A stretch of DNA of 64,000 nucleotides from an uncultured Planctomycetota bacterium (GTDB lineage Bacteria > Planctomycetota > Planctomycetia > Gemmatales > Gemmataceae), in assembly GCA_963849325.1 (NCBI GenBank), contig CAWKHF010000007.1, forward strand, positions 448,001-512,000, given 5' to 3'. A model generated the notes under the pieces. That model was not told where the DNA came from. It saw only the letters and a list, made by a program, of their open reading frames with translations, and did no database searches. A program made the translations under genes and the position numbers. Shown here piece after piece: positions 32,682-43,927 of the stretch (its first letter is position 1; every line of letters begins with the position of its first letter).

Positions 32682-34302
32682 ATGCCACGTGTTCTGGTTT
32701 GCGATAAGTTGCCGGCGGCCGGCCTCGACATGCTGCGGCAGGCCGGCATCGAACTCGATGAACGGCAGAAGCTCAAGGGGACCGAGCTGCAACAGGCCCT
32801 CCGCGCCGCCGACGGCGTCATCGTCCGCAGTGAGACACGCCTGACGGCGGCGGAGTTGGAGAATCCCGGCAACTCCGCGTCATCGTCCGCGCCGGCGTCG
32901 GCGTGGACAACATCGACGTGGCGGCGGCGACGCGGCGAGGGCATCGTCGTCATGAACACGCCCGGCGGCAACACCGTCAGCACCGCCGAGCACACCATCA
33001 CGCTGCTGATGGTCCTGGCCCGTCACGCGGCCGCCGCCGACGCCAGTATGCATCAAGGCAAGTGGGAGCGCGGCAAGTTCGTCGGCACCCAGCTGGCCGG
33101 CAAGACTCTCGGCGTCGTCGGCCTGGGACGCATCGGCCGTGAGGTCGCCCGCCGCGCCGCCGGACTGGACATGAAGGTAGTCGGCTTCGACCCGTTCCTG
33201 GCGCCGGCCGGCGCCGCCCAGATGGGCATCGAGGCCGTCTCCGAGCTGGCCCAATTGCTGCCGCGCATCGATTTCCTCACCGTGCATACGCCGCTGACCG
33301 ACGAGACCCGCGACCTGATCGGCGCCCGCGAACTGGCGCTGTTGCCCAAGGGCGCTCGCGTCATCAACTGTGCCCGCGGCGGCATCATCAACGAGGAGGC
33401 GCTGGCCGAGGCGCTGCGTTCGGGCCACCTGGCCGGAGCCGCCCTCGACGTGTTCGTGCAGGAGCCGCCGCCGCCCGATCATCCGCTGCTCAAGCTGCCC
33501 AACGTCGTCCTGACGCCGCACCTCGGTGCCTCGACGGTGGAGGCGCAGCTATCCGTGGCCAAGGAAGCCGCCCAGCTACTCATCGACTACCTCATTCGCG
33601 GCGTGGTCGGCTTCGCGGTCAACATGGCCGCCGTGGACCAGACCGAGTTGGCCGAGCTGCGGCTGTACGTGGACATGGCCCGCCGTCTCGGTCTGCTGCA
33701 CGCCCAGATGAGCCAGGGAGCCATCCAGAAGGCGGTACTGCACTATCGCGGCGACGTGGCCCGCCGTCCCACGCGGCTCATCACCGCCGCCTTCGCCGCC
33801 GGCCTGCTCGAATCGCACCTCGATCAGAACGTCAACATCGTCAACGCTCCGCTGCTTGGCCGCCGAACGCGGCATCGAGATCGTCGAGCAGACCTCGTCG
33901 CAGCAGGGCGATTTCAGCACCCTCTTGCGCGTCGATGTGGTCACCGACAAGAAGACGTACACCGCGGCCGGCACGCTGTTCGGCAACCAATTCCTGCGGC
34001 TGGTGCAACTGGGGCCGTACCACCTCGACGCCTTCCTCGACGGCGTGATGCTGCTGTTCACGCACCGCGACGTGCCGGGGCTGATCGGCTTCATCGGCAC
34101 CATCTTCGGCAAGCACCAGGTCAACATCGCGCAGATGACAGTCGGTCGTCAGCATCCGGGCGGCGAAGCCATCGCCGTGCTCAACCTCGACAGCCTGCCG
34201 CCGGAGGAAGCCCTGAAGGAAGTCCGCGCCCATCCGCAGATCAGCAGCGTCAGCGTCGTCAAACTGCCGCCGGCCGGCCAGATGCCGCCCTGGTTTGGCT
34301 AA
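32682..34302 (+). CDS. serA: D-3-phosphoglycerate dehydrogenase with ACT domain, frameshifted
   Basis: VMNTPGGNTVSTAEH, GVVGLGRIG, INCARGG, TPHLGAST, HRDVPGLIGFIG. Confidence 0.93.
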
Positions 34303-34308
34303 AAACCA

Positions 34309-34448
34309 TTCACCACGGAAGACACGGAAAGAACGGAAAAAAGACAAAAGATCATTACCTGCCGATGGCGCATCTGCGCCGAAGTCGATGGCACGATAAT
34401 TGATCTCTTTTGTCTTATTTCCGTTCTTTCCGTGTCTTCCGTGGTGAA
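34309..34448. repeat. Nonamer-repeat long palindrome (ACACGGAAR)n, possible terminator
   Basis: ttcaccacggaagacacggaaagaacggaaa.aagacaaaag ... cttttgtctt.tttccgttctttccgtgtcttccgtggtgaa after the serA stop. Confidence 0.85.
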
Positions 34449-34515
34449 CTCTTTGGGTTCCTTTCCGAGAGCAACAAGAGTCCCTTCTTTTTTCTTCCTG
34501 TCAAGAAGCGCGCTC

Positions 34516-34546
34516 TGGACAGCATAGTAAAAATAGGTAATATAGT
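34516..34546 (+). promoter_or_regulatory. Possible sigma70-type promoter of EPS operon
   Basis: TGGACA followed by AT-rich TAATAT/TATAGT in an otherwise GC-rich context. Confidence 0.3.
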
Positions 34547-34659
34547 TAAACTCGGTCTGGTCGAGGCCGAGCTTCCTCCCTGACAGGGCCGCCGGTTGCC
34601 ATCGACGCTCAACCAGCGATAGCAGGGCGGTGTCGTGAACACAGAGAGAGGAGCATCTA

Positions 34660-36933
34660 ATGGTGCAACTCCCGCAGCCCCGGCACGGGCCGGGGTCTCT
34701 TCCCTTCGCGTCCAGACCGGGCGACATCTGGCAAATGGCCTGGCGCTGGCGTCTTTTCCTGGCCCTGGGCCTGTTGGCCGGCCTGGGTCTGGGTGCGGTC
34801 GCCTTCACGCGGATACCTCCGGTTTATCAATCCGAGGCGCAGATCCTGGTGTGGCAGAAACGGCCCGACGCCATGACCTCGGTGGACTCGCGTCAGGGGA
34901 GCGTCGAGGATTCGTTGGCCACGCACCAGGAGCTGCTCAAAAGCTCCGCCATCATCGACCGCGCCCTCCGCGATCCCGCCCTGGCCGATTTGCGTTCGTT
35001 CCAGGGAGAACAGGAGGCGCCGATCGAGGTGGTTCGCAAACTGCTTGCCGTGACGCGCGGCAAGAGCCTCAGCGGCGGCAACAACGTCTTGCAGGTATCC
35101 TTCCGCGGCAAGGTCGCCCGGGAGTGCGCCGCCATCCTCGCCGCCGTCCTCGACAGCTACAAGACCTTCCTCGACCAGAAATACCAGACCTTCGCCGGCG
35201 ACACGTTCGAGCTGGTCCTGCGCAAGCGCGCCGACCTGGAGAAGGAACTGGCGAAGAAGGAGGCGAGCTACCGGGCATTCCTCGAAAAAAGTCCGCTGTT
35301 GATGAAAAAGCCGGACGGCTCGGACCTGCGGCGCGAGCGTCTCACCAGCATGCAGACGCGGCGCTCCGCCCTGCTGCTGCGCCGCGCCGAATTGCAGAGC
35401 CAGCTCGACAGCATCGAGGAGGCCCGGCGACAGGGCCGCGGCCGGGCGACGATCCTGGCCCTGATCGCCGAGTTCTCCCACAAGGGTGAGGACATCGAGC
35501 CGGCCCGGACGCCGGCGATGACGACTTCGGACCAACTGACGCCGTTGCTGTTGGAGGAGCAGAAATTGCTCGAACGCTACGGGGCCGGCCATCCGGAGGT
35601 GAAGTCGGTTCGGCAGCGCATCGCCATCGCTCGGGCGGTGCTGGTGCTGCCGGCCGCGGCCTGGGACGCAACGCCGGACGCGGCGGGAGGGCGCGGTCCC
35701 GTCCCGAACGACCCCGTGCAGTTGCACGTGCTGATCCTGCGGCAGAAGCTCCATTACGTCGTGGCGGCGGAAGAGCGGCTCAGCCAACTCTTCGAGACGG
35801 AGCACCACGAGGCCCGCCAGCAGGCGCGCTACGAAATCCAGGACGAGTCCTTCCGCACCGGCATTCTGCTGACGCGGCAATCCTACGAATCGCTCAACAA
35901 ACGCTTGCAGGACGTCAGCCTGGTCAAAGGAGTCGGGGGCTACGACATCGAAGTCATCACGCCGCCGTCCGAGGGCCGGAAAGTGGCCCCCAGCGCGACG
36001 TTGATCTTCCCGGCAGCCTTGCTGTTGGGCGGACTCACTGCCCTGGGTCTGGTCTATTTGCGCGAGAGGATCGGCGACCGTCTGCGCTGCCCCGAAGACG
36101 TCCGCGAGCAGTTCGCCCTGCCGATCGTCGGCTGCATCCCGCCTTTCACGGCGGAAGCGAAGGGGCGAACCCGTGTCGCTCGGCTCGCGGCACCTACCGG
36201 CCTCGATCCCCTGCTGTGTACCTATCACCATCCGCGCTCGGGCGAGGCGGAGGCGTATCGCAGCCTGCGCAACGCCCTGTTCTTCCAGGCGCGCGATCCG
36301 GCGCGCAAGGTCATTCAGGTCACCAGCCCCAGCGGCGGTGACGGCAAGAGCATTCTGGCCGCCAACCTGTGCGTGTGCATGGCGCAGGCGGGGAAGAAAG
36401 TTCTGCTGATTGACGCCGACTTGCGTGGCCCGCGCATCCATCAACTCTTCGGCCTCGGCACGGGCGGCGGGCTGGGGTCGGTCCTGGCCGGCGAGAGGGC
36501 GCTGAAAGAGTCCATCCAGGACAGCGGCATTCCCGGCCTGTCCGTCCTGTCCTCCGGTCCTCCGTCATCTCATCCGGGCGACCTTCTCACGGCGCCGCGC
36601 TTCAAGGAAATGCTGGACCAGCTGCGCGAGGAATACGACTTCATCCTCGTGGACAGCCCGGCCCTGCTGTCGGTCACGGATGCGGCGGCGGTAGCCGCAC
36701 GAGTGGACGGCGTGCTGTTGGTGGTGCGTCTCACGCGAAACACCCGGCCGGCGTTGGGGCATGCGCTGGAGGTGCTGGCGATGGTCGGGGCCAAGGTGCT
36801 CGGCGTCGTCGTCAACGGCACCACCCCGACCGTCCACCGCCTCCGGCGGGGGAAGATCAACGCGACAGCAGACGACGTCCACGCGGAAGGGCGGAATGGT
36901 TGGACCACGACAGGGGCCACGGAAAGGAGCTGA
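34660..36933 (+). CDS. Polysaccharide co-polymerase / BY-kinase (Wzc-like)
   Basis: Two TM segments, coiled coil, EAYRSLR, VTSPSGGDGKS, LLIDADLR, ILVDSP. Confidence 0.9.
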   Translation: MVQLPQPRHGPGSLPFASRPGDIWQMAWRWRLFLALGLLAGLGLGAVAFTRIPPVYQSEAQILVWQKRPDAMTSVDSRQGSVEDSLATHQELLKSSAIIDRALRDPALADLRSFQGEQEAPIEVVRKLLAVTRGKSLSGGNNVLQVSFRGKVARECAAILAAVLDSYKTFLDQKYQTFAGDTFELVLRKRADLEKELAKKEASYRAFLEKSPLLMKKPDGSDLRRERLTSMQTRRSALLLRRAELQSQLDSIEEARRQGRGRATILALIAEFSHKGEDIEPARTPAMTTSDQLTPLLLEEQKLLERYGAGHPEVKSVRQRIAIARAVLVLPAAAWDATPDAAGGRGPVPNDPVQLHVLILRQKLHYVVAAEERLSQLFETEHHEARQQARYEIQDESFRTGILLTRQSYESLNKRLQDVSLVKGVGGYDIEVITPPSEGRKVAPSATLIFPAALLLGGLTALGLVYLRERIGDRLRCPEDVREQFALPIVGCIPPFTAEAKGRTRVARLAAPTGLDPLLCTYHHPRSGEAEAYRSLRNALFFQARDPARKVIQVTSPSGGDGKSILAANLCVCMAQAGKKVLLIDADLRGPRIHQLFGLGTGGGLGSVLAGERALKESIQDSGIPGLSVLSSGPPSSHPGDLLTAPRFKEMLDQLREEYDFILVDSPALLSVTDAAAVAARVDGVLLVVRLTRNTRPALGHALEVLAMVGAKVLGVVVNGTTPTVHRLRRGKINATADDVHAEGRNGWTTTGATERS

Positions 36934-36942
36934 GATTGCTTG

Positions 36943-37001
36943 CTCAAGCCGCTTGCGGCTTAGCGAGACATCGGCAAACGCTAAGCCGCAAGCGGCTTGA
37001 G
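36943..37001. repeat. REP-like palindrome, family C
   Basis: ctcaagccgcttgcggcttagcg ... cgctaagccgcaagcggcttgag. Confidence 0.85.
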
Positions 37002-37038
37002 TAAACGGCGTATCGCGGACGGAACAGGGTGGATATTC

Positions 37039-39010
37039 ATGCAGCTTCGTCATCGTCTGATCCGCACGGGCAAGGCGCTGCTGGACGGCAGCGTGCTGGC
37101 GGCCAGCTTCGTGCTGGCGTGCGTCATCCGCTTTGAAGGCGCCGTGCCGGACTACATCGTCCAGGGCTTGCTCTTCACGTTGCCTTTTGCCGTCGGCGTG
37201 CAGCTGGTCTGCCTGTCGGCCTTCGGGCTGCGCCGCCGGACCTGGCGGCACGTCAGCCTCTCCGACGCGCTGCGGGTCGTCGCCGCCCTGGCGCTGGCCG
37301 GCATCATCCTGGGCGCCTGGCGGGCGCTGGGCGGCTTTTACGATTGGGGGCCACCCTTGGAAGATGACAAAATCATTCCCTGGGGCGTGACGGCGTTCGA
37401 CCTGCTTCTGGGCTGCGTGGTCCTGATCGGACTGCGCGTCATTGGCCGCTTGCTCCACGAGCGCCGCGAACGTCGCCCGCCGCGCTCGGAGCGAACGCCT
37501 ACCTTGCTGATTGGGGCCGGCCGGGCCGGCGCGATGGTGGCCCGCGAGGTCGCGTCCTGCCCGGAAGTCGGCATCGCGCCGGTCGGCTTTCTCGACGACA
37601 ACACCGATCTGCTGGGCCTGTACGTCGGCGGCGTGCCGGTGCTCGGCACTCCGGCGCAGGTCGGAGAACTGGCGGCCCGGCACGGCGCCAAACAGGCGCT
37701 CATCACCATCGCCCACGGCTCGGCGCCGGCCCTCCGCCGCATCAGTCGTCTGTGCCAGGAGAGCGGCCTGCCCGTCCAGATCATCCCGTCGCTGCACGAG
37801 ATCGTGGGCGGGACGATCAACCTGTCGCGCATCCGCGATGTCGCCATCGAGGACTTGCTACGCCGCGAGCCGGTTCGCCTGGACGGCAACGACATCCGCG
37901 CGGCGCTGCGCGGCCGCCGCGTGCTGGTCACCGGCGCCGGCGGCAGCATCGGTTCGGAGCTATGCCGCAAGGTGTGCGGCTTCGGCGCCGCCAGCCTGGT
38001 CCTGGTCGAGCAGGCCGAGAACAGCCTGTTTCAAATTCACCGCGAACTGGTCCGCGGCGCTCGCGGCGTCCAGGTGGTCCCGTGCATCGCCGACATTTGC
38101 GACCAGACGCGCATGCGCCAGCTGTTCAGCTCCTTGCTGCCGGAGGTGGTGTTCCACGCGGCGGCGCACAAGCACGTTCCGCTGATGGAGAGCAACGCCA
38201 GCGAGGCCATCAAGAACAACGTGCTCGGCACGGCCGGACTGGCTCGCCTGGCCCACGCCCACGGCGTCGGTCAGTTCGTCCTGATCTCCACCGACAAGGC
38301 CGTCAAGCCGGCGTCGGTCATGGGCGCGTCCAAGCGCATCGCCGAGCTGTTCGTCCAGGCGTTCGCGGGTCACAGCCGCACGCGCTTCATCACCGTCCGT
38401 TTCGGCAACGTGCTCGGCTCCAACGGCAGCGTCGTGCCGCTGTTTCAGGAGCAGATCGCGCGCGGCGGGCCGGTGACGGTGACGCACCCCGAGATGCGCC
38501 GCTATTTCATGACCATCCCCGAAGCGTGCCAACTCGTGTTGCAGGCGGCGGTCATGGGCCGTGGCGGTGAAATCTTCATTCTCGACATGGGCGAGCCGGT
38601 GAAGATCGTGGACCTGGCCCGCGATCTGATTTGCCTGTCCGGCCTGATACCGGACGAGGACGTGCAAATTCGCTTCACGGGGCTGCGGCCGGGCGAGAAG
38701 CTGTATGAGGAGCTGTTCTCCAAGGACGAGGCGGTGCAGAAGACGGCTCATCCGCGCATCTTCGTCGGCCGGCAGCCGCCGCCGGACTGGCCGCTCATCA
38801 GCCGGCAGGTGGAGGAGCTAGGCGAACTGGCGGTCCTCGGGAAAGTCGATCTTCTCCACGACAAGCTCAAGGACATCCTTCCCGACTATCAGCCCCAGCT
38901 GCCGCCGCCCGACGCGGACAGGAGCTACCGTCTCGACACGGCGCACGAGGGAGCGATCGGACTCCCGGCCCTCGAACGGGGTCGTCTTTCCGCTGGCGCC
39001 GCCGGCCTGA
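37039..39010 (+). CDS. Nucleoside-diphosphate sugar 4,6-dehydratase (CapD/PglF/WbpM family)
   Basis: LVTGAGGSIGSEL, FHAAAHKHVPLME, ISTDKAV, VRFGNVLGSNGSV, GLRPGEKLYEEL. Confidence 0.92.
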
Positions 39011-40410
39011 TGTTCGATCGCCCCAACGGTTACGAGGTCCACGGACGAATGTTGCCAACGCCCGCTACCGCCGAAGTCATCGAGCGAATGCCGACGGAAA
39101 CGTCGGCCGACGGGACGGCCTCGTCTCGGCCTCGCCGCCTGACGCTGCGGCACAATTTTGCCTGGACGTTTCTCGGCAACGTGGTGTACAGCGGTTGTCA
39201 GTGGGGAATGCTCGTCGTGCTGGCCTGGCTCGGCAGCCCGGAAATGGTCGGCGCGTTCGCGCTGGGGCTGGCGGTGACCGCTCCCGTGTTCATGTTCACC
39301 AACCTCCAGCTGCGCAGCGTGCAGGCGACGGACGCGCGCGGCGACTTTCATTTCGGCGATTACCTGGGGACACGGTTGCTGATGACGTCCGGAGCGCTGG
39401 CAACGATTGCGGGCCTGGTCGGCCTGTCCGATTTCGGCCGGGAGTCGGCGGCGATCATCCTGGCGGTAGCAGGTGCCAAGGCGTGCGAATCGGTCAGCGA
39501 CGTTATCCACGGTCTTTTGCAGCAGCATGAGCGGATGGACCGCATCGCCGTATCGATGATGCTGCGCGGCGTCGTGTCGCTCGCCGCCCTGGCCACGGGA
39601 GTATGGCTGACCGGACGGCTGTTCTGGGGCGTCCTCGGGATGGTCTTGGCCTGGGCGCTGGTCCTTGCCGTCTACGACTGCCGTAGTGCGTACCTGTTCT
39701 TGTCGGAAGGGGCGAGAGAAGCGACTTCTTCTTCCCTCGCCCCTCGTTCCTCGTCCCTCGCTCCTCGCCTCGCCGTGCTGGGGCGAGTGATCTGGCTGGC
39801 CTTGCCGCTCGGCGTCGTCACCTGCTTGATCTCGCTCAACACCAACATTCCGCGCTACTTCATCGAGCATCAACTTGGTCTGCGAGCGCTGGGGATCTTC
39901 TCGGCGATTGGCTATCTGATGGTCGCCGGCAATACGGTCGTCGGCGCCCTGGGGCAATCGGCTTGCCCGCGCCTGGCGGTCCATTACGCGGCCGGCGAGC
40001 GGACGGCGTTTCGGCTGTTGCTGCTGAAGCTGGCCGGCATTGCTGCTTTGCTGGGAGGCGCCGGCGTTCTGATCGCGGTCCTGGCCGGGCCGACCGTCCT
40101 GCGCCTGGTCTACGGGCCGGAGTACGCCGCTTACAACGAACTGTTCGTCCTGGTGATGGCCGCGGCGGGACTGGGATACGTGGCTTCGTTCCTGGGCTAC
40201 GCCGTGACAGCGGCTCGTCACTTCGGCGTTCAGACGCCGGTGTTCGTGGCTGTCGGCCTAGTCACGGTCGCGGCCTCCGTGCTGCTCGTACCCCGCGCCG
40301 GTCTGCAAGGCGCCGGCTGGGCGGTCCTGGTGGCAATGGCCTGTCAGCTCACCCTCCTCGGAGCCGTCACCGTCGTCATCTCCGTGCGCATGCCAGGGAA
40401 GGAGGTCACG
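39010..40410 (+). CDS. Wzx-type oligosaccharide flippase
   Basis: NFAWTFLGNVVYSGCQW, LRSVQATD, many TM segments. Confidence 0.85.
39708..39767. repeat. Heptamer-repeat element inside flippase (CCTCGYY units)
   Basis: aggggcgagagaag...cttccctcgcccctcgttcctcgtccctcgctcctcg, translated SSLAPRSSSLAPR. Confidence 0.75.
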
Positions 40411-41583
40411 ATGGGCAAGACCATCCGCGTCCTCCACGTCCTGGGAGCGTTGAACCGGGGCGGCGTCGAAAACTGGCTCTTGCACGTCCTGCGCAAGCTG
40501 GACCGCGACCGCTTCCGGCTCGACTTCTTGGTCCACACGACTTCCTCCGGCGTCTTCGACGAAGAGATCCGTGCGTTGGGCGGCGCGATCCTGCACTGCC
40601 CGCAGCCCTCGCGGGCGTGGTCGTATGCCCGGCGCTTTCGCCGACTGCTGCGCGAGCACGGGCCGTATGACGTGGTTCACAGCCATGTCCATCATTACAG
40701 CGGCTTCGTGCTGCGCCTGGCGCGGCGAGCGGGGGTGCCGGCACGAATCGCCCACAGTCACACAACATCGGGTGGAGGGTGGAGGGTGGAGGGTGGAGGG
40801 AGAAGAAATACTCTGCACCCGGCGGAGTTATTGCGACAAGGCTATCTTGCCCTCATGAGGTACTGGCTGACGCGCCACGCCACGGTCTGCCTGTCCGCCA
40901 GCCGGCAGGCTCACGAGGCGCTGTTCGGCCCAGCCAACGGCCACGATCAGGGACATCGTGTGCTGCCCTGCGGCATCGACCTGGAGCCGTTTCGAGTGAA
41001 AGTCGATGCGGCCGCCGTCCGGGCAGAGTTCGGTCTGCCGCCGGATGGTTTCGTCCTCGGCCACGTCGGCCGTTTCGCGGCGTGCAAAAACCATAACCTC
41101 CTCGTGGCGATCACCGCCGAGATCCTGCGGCGCATCCCGAACGTCTATTTGCTGCTGGTCGGCGACGGCGAATTGCGATCGGACGTTCGAGCGGGAGGCG
41201 ACCCGGGGAGGAATCCGCGATCGCGTCGTCTTCGCCGGCGCACGGGCCGACGTGCCGCGACTGTTGCAAGGGGCGATGGACGTGTTCGTTTTTCCGTCGA
41301 AATACGAGGGATTGGGGTTGGCGGCGGTTGAGGCCCAGGCCGCCGGCGTGCCGTGTGTACTCTCCGATGCCGTTCCCGCCGAAGCGTCGGTGGTTGCTCC
41401 GCTCGTGAGGCGCGTTCCCCTGTCGCAATCGCCCGGCGAGTGGGCCGATACGATCCTCGCCGTTCGCACGGACGCCCCGCAGTCAGCCGCGAGGAAGCGC
41501 GGGCCGTCCTGGAGAGGAGCCTGTTCAACATTCGGACCAACGTGCGCGAGTTGGAGGAACTGTACGCGACAGGTCCGGGATAG
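40411..41583 (+). CDS. Glycosyltransferase family 4 (EpsF-like), frameshifted
   Basis: AGGAGG SD; RVLHVLGALNRGGVE, GHVGRF..KNH, FPSKYEGLGLAAVEAQAAG. Confidence 0.88.
40770..40820. repeat. Heptamer tandem repeat (GGGTGGA)x4 inside glycosyltransferase
   Basis: gggtggagggtggagggtggagggtggagggagaagaaa..ctctgcaccc, translated GGGWRVEGGGRR. Confidence 0.8.
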
Positions 41584-41589
41584 AGTCGG

Positions 41590-42562
41590 GTGACGCTCAT
41601 GATGTCGATGCGTTCGTTCGGCGGCCGGATCGTCCGGCAGGCGTACAAGGTAGGTTACCGTTTTTTCCCGCGTCTGCTCGAACCGGCAGCGCGCGGCCCG
41701 CTCGTGCTGCTGTATCACAGCGTCGAGGACGCCTGCGACGCCTGGACGAACAAGCTCGGCCACAACGTCACGCCGCGCCGCTTCGAGGACCACGTTCGCT
41801 ACCTGACCGCGAACTTCCGCGTCGTCCCGTTCTCGCGCATCTGCCGCCCCGACGCCGCGCCGGACGAGATCGCCATCACCTTCGACGACGGCTCCGCCAG
41901 CATCCGGACGGCGGTGCTGCCGATCATCGAGAAGTACCGCTGTCCCATCAAGGTTTACATCACCACTTGCAACCTGACGGACATCAACTGGCTCAACAAG
42001 CTCTCGTATCTGCTAAATGTGCTCGCCGTGGAAGACCGGAACACTCTCGCGGTCGCCGCCACGGATGCCCCGACACGTTCCGGGAAGGCGGTCGGCGTCC
42101 ATGATTTCGTACATCATTTCGACCCGGAGCGCACGGCAGGGGTGATCGATGAGTGCTTCCGCAAAGTCTGCCGGAGCGGCGCGCGGCGTCTGTATCTGAT
42201 GGAAGAGGAAGTTCGCCGCCTCGCCGCGCATCCGCTGGTCGAAATCGGTTCGCACAGCCGCAATCACTATCCCCTCCCTCGTCTCGGCGCGGCCCAGCTG
42301 CGCGATGAAGTGGTAGAGAATCACCGCGAGCTGAATGGCTTGTTCGAGAACACGGTGGAGGGCTTCGCCATCCCCTTCGGTTTTCGCACGCACTGCACGC
42401 CGGACGTCGTGCAGGTGGTCCAAGAGATCGAACTCGGTCCTTGTGTCGGCCTACGGCGGACGGCTGGATTTGCAGCCGTGCCACGGTCTGCCCGAGGTGA
42501 AGCGAGTTAGTATTGGGGGAAATTTGGGATCGCTGTGGTATCAGATGAGTCATCCGAACTAG
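41590..42562 (+). CDS. Polysaccharide deacetylase (NodB-like)
   Basis: VLLYHSV, ITFDDG, EIGSHSRNH, FAIPFG. Confidence 0.85.
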
Positions 42563-42574
42563 ATCATCGCGGAG

Positions 42575-43927
42575 TTGTGGGACTTCATGTACGCCGTCGA
42601 GCCGAACCAAGACGTTTCCCCCTCCAGCGCCCGCTGGCGCTTCTTCGCGCTGTGCCTCTTCCTGGGGTCGCAGGGCTTCACGCTACCCGTGCTTGCCATC
42701 GGGCCGTCCTGGGCCGTCTGGCCGACCTTGCCGGACTTCGCGTCCATCGTTCTGGGGCTGGTCTGCGTCCTCCCGGATCGTTCGATGCCGCCGGCGCAGC
42801 GGGCGCTCGGTGGCTGGTTCGCGCTGCTGTTCGCCGCTTGCCTGCTGTCGTTTCTTTACATGATCGTCCTGGCGCCTCCGGCCGGCGTGGAGCAGGCGGA
42901 TCGGGCGGTCGGACTGTTCGAGTTGTGCCGGCTGACGCAGTCCCTCGTCATCTTCCGGGCCGCAGCGCGCATTCCTCTGACGCCGCAGCGAACCCATATT
43001 CTCTACGCGCTGGTCACGGCCGTCCTGTGGCTCGTGTGCTTCGGCATCCTGGCCACGTTCTTTCACCTCGTCGAGCCGCACGCCTTGATCCAGCACTTGC
43101 CACAGGATCGGGATGTCCTTGGTGCGTGGTACGGCTACGCGGACGACGAACTGGCGCACGGTTGGGGAGCCGTGGGTTACAACCACGCTTACGGAGCGGC
43201 CCAGGTGCTTATCCTGCTCGCCCTGCAGATGCGTCTTCAGCCCGAACCTCGACCGGCGTTGATGACGATCTCGGTCGTCCTCGCCCTGGCGGCCAGTTTC
43301 CTCAGCGGCAGCCGGGCCGGCTTCGCCGCCGTCGCGGCCTTCATCGTCCTCACGCTCATGCAGCGGCCGGCCTTCGGTCTGCTGGTCCTCCTCGTCGTCC
43401 TGGCCATCGGCTCGCGGATCACTCCCGAGGAGCTGCCGGATGACGTTCGGCAAGTGGTCGAGAGCCAGCGGGCGCTCTCCGACCCGGCCGAGGAGGACAG
43501 CCTCAATGGTCGGACCCAAATCTGGGACAGACACCTGACGTTCCTACGCGCCAATCCGTGGTTGCTGCCGACCGGCGCCGGCTTCGGCTACACCGCCGCG
43601 ACCGGCGATGCGCACTGCCTGTATCTGCAAATCCTGGTCGAGATGGGCGTGCTCGGTTTGCTGCTGTGGGGCATCGTCGCGTTTCAGGTGCTCGCCGCGC
43701 TATATCGGCTGGAGCCGGGACCGCGACCGCTGTTCTGGGCGACGGTCGCATTTCTGTTCTCCGCCGTCACCCAGGAAACGTTTTATCCGGTGGCGGCGCT
43801 GGGCAATTTTCTCGGCCTGTACCTGTGCGGCCTGGCCGTGTCCCTGTCCGACACAAGGGTAGCTCGGACGGCCGATGCGATGACGTGCGCCGAAGGTTCT
43901 TACGAAACGGAGACGTTGGCCTCATGA
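42575..43927 (+). CDS. Wzy polymerase / O-antigen ligase family membrane protein
   Basis: Multiple TM segments, LSGSRAG, GRTQIW, GAGFG, AHCLYLQILVEMGVLG. Confidence 0.82.
   Translation: MWDFMYAVEPNQDVSPSSARWRFFALCLFLGSQGFTLPVLAIGPSWAVWPTLPDFASIVLGLVCVLPDRSMPPAQRALGGWFALLFAACLLSFLYMIVLAPPAGVEQADRAVGLFELCRLTQSLVIFRAAARIPLTPQRTHILYALVTAVLWLVCFGILATFFHLVEPHALIQHLPQDRDVLGAWYGYADDELAHGWGAVGYNHAYGAAQVLILLALQMRLQPEPRPALMTISVVLALAASFLSGSRAGFAAVAAFIVLTLMQRPAFGLLVLLVVLAIGSRITPEELPDDVRQVVESQRALSDPAEEDSLNGRTQIWDRHLTFLRANPWLLPTGAGFGYTAATGDAHCLYLQILVEMGVLGLLLWGIVAFQVLAALYRLEPGPRPLFWATVAFLFSAVTQETFYPVAALGNFLGLYLCGLAVSLSDTRVARTADAMTCAEGSYETETLAS

Noticed and set aside
36997-41331. 1444-aa ORF fusing dehydratase, flippase and glycosyltransferase
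   Set aside because: A TGATG stop/start overlap at 39008-39012 and an AGGAGG SD before ATG 40411 indicate separate genes; the fusion is likely an indel artefact.
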